Shown: positions 62,713 through 64,000 of the stretch, piece after piece
How the letters are laid out: the number at the start of each line of letters is the position of its first letter
How positions within the stretch are numbered: position 1 is the first letter of the stretch
Program-made: the position numbers and the translations under genes
The notes under the pieces: model-generated
Seen by the model: only the letters and a program-made list of their open reading frames with translations
Databases searched by the model: none
Told to the model about the DNA's origin: nothing
NCBI GenBank assembly: GCA_963805855.1
Contig: CAWDVW010000005.1
Span: 736,001-800,000, forward strand
Length of the DNA stretch: 64,000 nucleotides
DNA from: Candidatus Dadabacteria bacterium
GTDB taxonomy: Bacteria > Desulfobacterota_D > UBA1144 > Nemesobacterales > CSP1-2
Direction of reading: 5' to 3'

Positions 62713-63726
62713 CTACTTCTTTGCACTTGACGTAATGCGCGTTGATAGGAAACTTCTGATCTTCTCGGCGATTACGTCACCGTCTTCTTCCAGTGCGAAG
62801 TGCCCCGTGTCGAGTAAATGGAATTCGAGATCATTCAAATCACGTTTGTAGGGGTAGGCGCCTTCTGCCGGAAAGATATAATCGTTCTTTCCCCAGACCA
62901 CCAACGTCGGCGGTTGGTGCTTACGGAAATAGGCTTGCCACTTGGGATACAGAGGCGGGTTGGAGCCATAATCGTAGAACAACTGGAGCTGAATCGCCTT
63001 GTTGCCGGGACGGTCAAGAAAGTATTGGTCAACAATCCAATTATCAGGGTTTATCGCCTCGACGTTTCGCACGCCATGGGCGTACTGCCACTTCGTCGCC
63101 TCAAGATTCAGGAATTTTTTCAGCGGCTCTGCCGTCTTATCATTGCGATCTGTCCAGTACGCTTTAAGCGGCACCCAGAATTCGCGAAGTCCTTCTTCAT
63201 AAGCATTTCCGTTCTGGACGATCAAGGCTTGGACCCTTTCGGGATGCTTGAGCGCCAGGCGAAACCCGACAGGCGCACCGTAATCCATGACGTACAGGCT
63301 GTACTCCTCAAGGCCCAGTTTCTGAATGAAACCCTCCATCACTTCCGCCAGATGGTCGAAGGTGTAATTGAACTCATCAACGGTCGGCATCGAGCTGTTG
63401 CCGAAACCGGGATAGTCCGGAGCCACCAAATGGAACTGATCCGACAGGGCCGGAATCAGGTTGCGGAACATCTGAGACGACGTGGGAAAGCCATGGAGTA
63501 ACAAAATAGTCGGTGCATTCTCCGGTCCCGCCTCGCGATAGAAGATGTCGAGTCCATCAACTTTGATGGTTTTATGAAGTGTCGGAAGGGTTTTTAACGT
63601 GGGAGTTGCCGCCGCAACTGAAGTTTGCTGCACGACGCCCGTATTTACTAATAGGCTCGCAATGCTTATCATGAAGACAGCGGCGGGCACGTTAATTCTT
63701 TTCAGATTCGATTTTAAATGTTTCAT
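62713..63726 (-). CDS. secreted alpha/beta hydrolase (epoxide hydrolase/dehalogenase superfamily)
   Basis: [16 protein letters not shown] (Asp nucleophile), GHFALE; signal peptide. Confidence 0.88.
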   Translation of the reverse strand: MKHLKSNLKRINVPAAVFMISIASLLVNTGVVQQTSVAAATPTLKTLPTLHKTIKVDGLDIFYREAGPENAPTILLLHGFPTSSQMFRNLIPALSDQFHLVAPDYPGFGNSSMPTVDEFNYTFDHLAEVMEGFIQKLGLEEYSLYVMDYGAPVGFRLALKHPERVQALIVQNGNAYEEGLREFWVPLKAYWTDRNDKTAEPLKKFLNLEATKWQYAHGVRNVEAINPDNWIVDQYFLDRPGNKAIQLQLFYDYGSNPPLYPKWQAYFRKHQPPTLVVWGKNDYIFPAEGAYPYKRDLNDLEFHLLDTGHFALEEDGDVIAEKIRSFLSTRITSSAKK

Positions 63727-63831
63727 GGTTTCCTCCTAAATTTGGAATATGGATCTTGCGTCTTTGACTGGTTCAACTTTCCCCAACGCAAAATATGAGT
63801 TCGGGAAGGCTGTCGAACACAGTCACCGGCT

Positions 63832-63999
63832 TCAGTCGCCGTACTCGTAAAACAACGTCCCGTCCTCAACCCGCGTGGGCAAGGTAATCAATCGTGAGTC
63901 CTGGCGGGCTGGTCCCTTCAGGCGCCGACCGTCCCTGGAGCCAAATTCAGCGCCATGCCATTCACACACCAACTTATCACCGTCCCGCTTCATCGGACC
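63832..63999 (-). CDS. Rieske [2Fe-2S] protein, 5' truncated by the window edge
   Basis: hand translation GPMKRDGDKLVCEWHGAEF..DG..LKGPA; CxWH second Rieske box. Confidence 0.75.
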   Translation of the reverse strand, partial: GPMKRDGDKLVCEWHGAEFGSRDGRRLKGPARQDSRLITLPTRVEDGTLFYEYGD

Positions 64000-64000
64000 G

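Overview
Bacterial chromosomal window with an AT-rich backbone. The gene content suggests a diderm, deltaproteobacteria-like organism such as Ca. Dadabacteria, but this is inference only. There are three parts. (1) 1-23.2 kb is housekeeping: SPL-like radical SAM, mnmG, YyaL/DUF255, a dynamin-like GTPase, tRNA-Arg(CCG) overlapping a family-4 UDG, leuS, a deoxyhypusine-synthase-like gene, thiE, thrC, acyP-MBL-ftsB-GGDEF and rsmA. (2) 23.4-50.2 kb is an accessory island of mostly secreted or envelope proteins with GC-rich catalytic cores: three Cys-type sulfatases, two frameshifted DUF3604 genes around PpiC and HupE/UreJ, DUF1254/1214, two DUF2092 + Gly/Gln-rich secreted-protein pairs, a LysM protein, a beta-barrel, a patatin lipoprotein and an octaheme-HEAT-TPR cytochrome. 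(3) 50.2-64 kb holds dacB, polA, a sigma54 activator divergent from a consensus -24/-12 promoter that drives STAS-ECF sigma-DM13-cupin, and a Rieske/hydrolase/DUF417/cytochrome P460 cluster. Intergenic DNA carries several palindromic repeat families: GTAG-type REPs (one inserted in frame inside leuS), a ~195-bp composite repeat present twice, and nested CTGAG-N-CGAAG units. No CRISPR array, integrase or transposase was seen. Family names come from motif recognition, not database searches.
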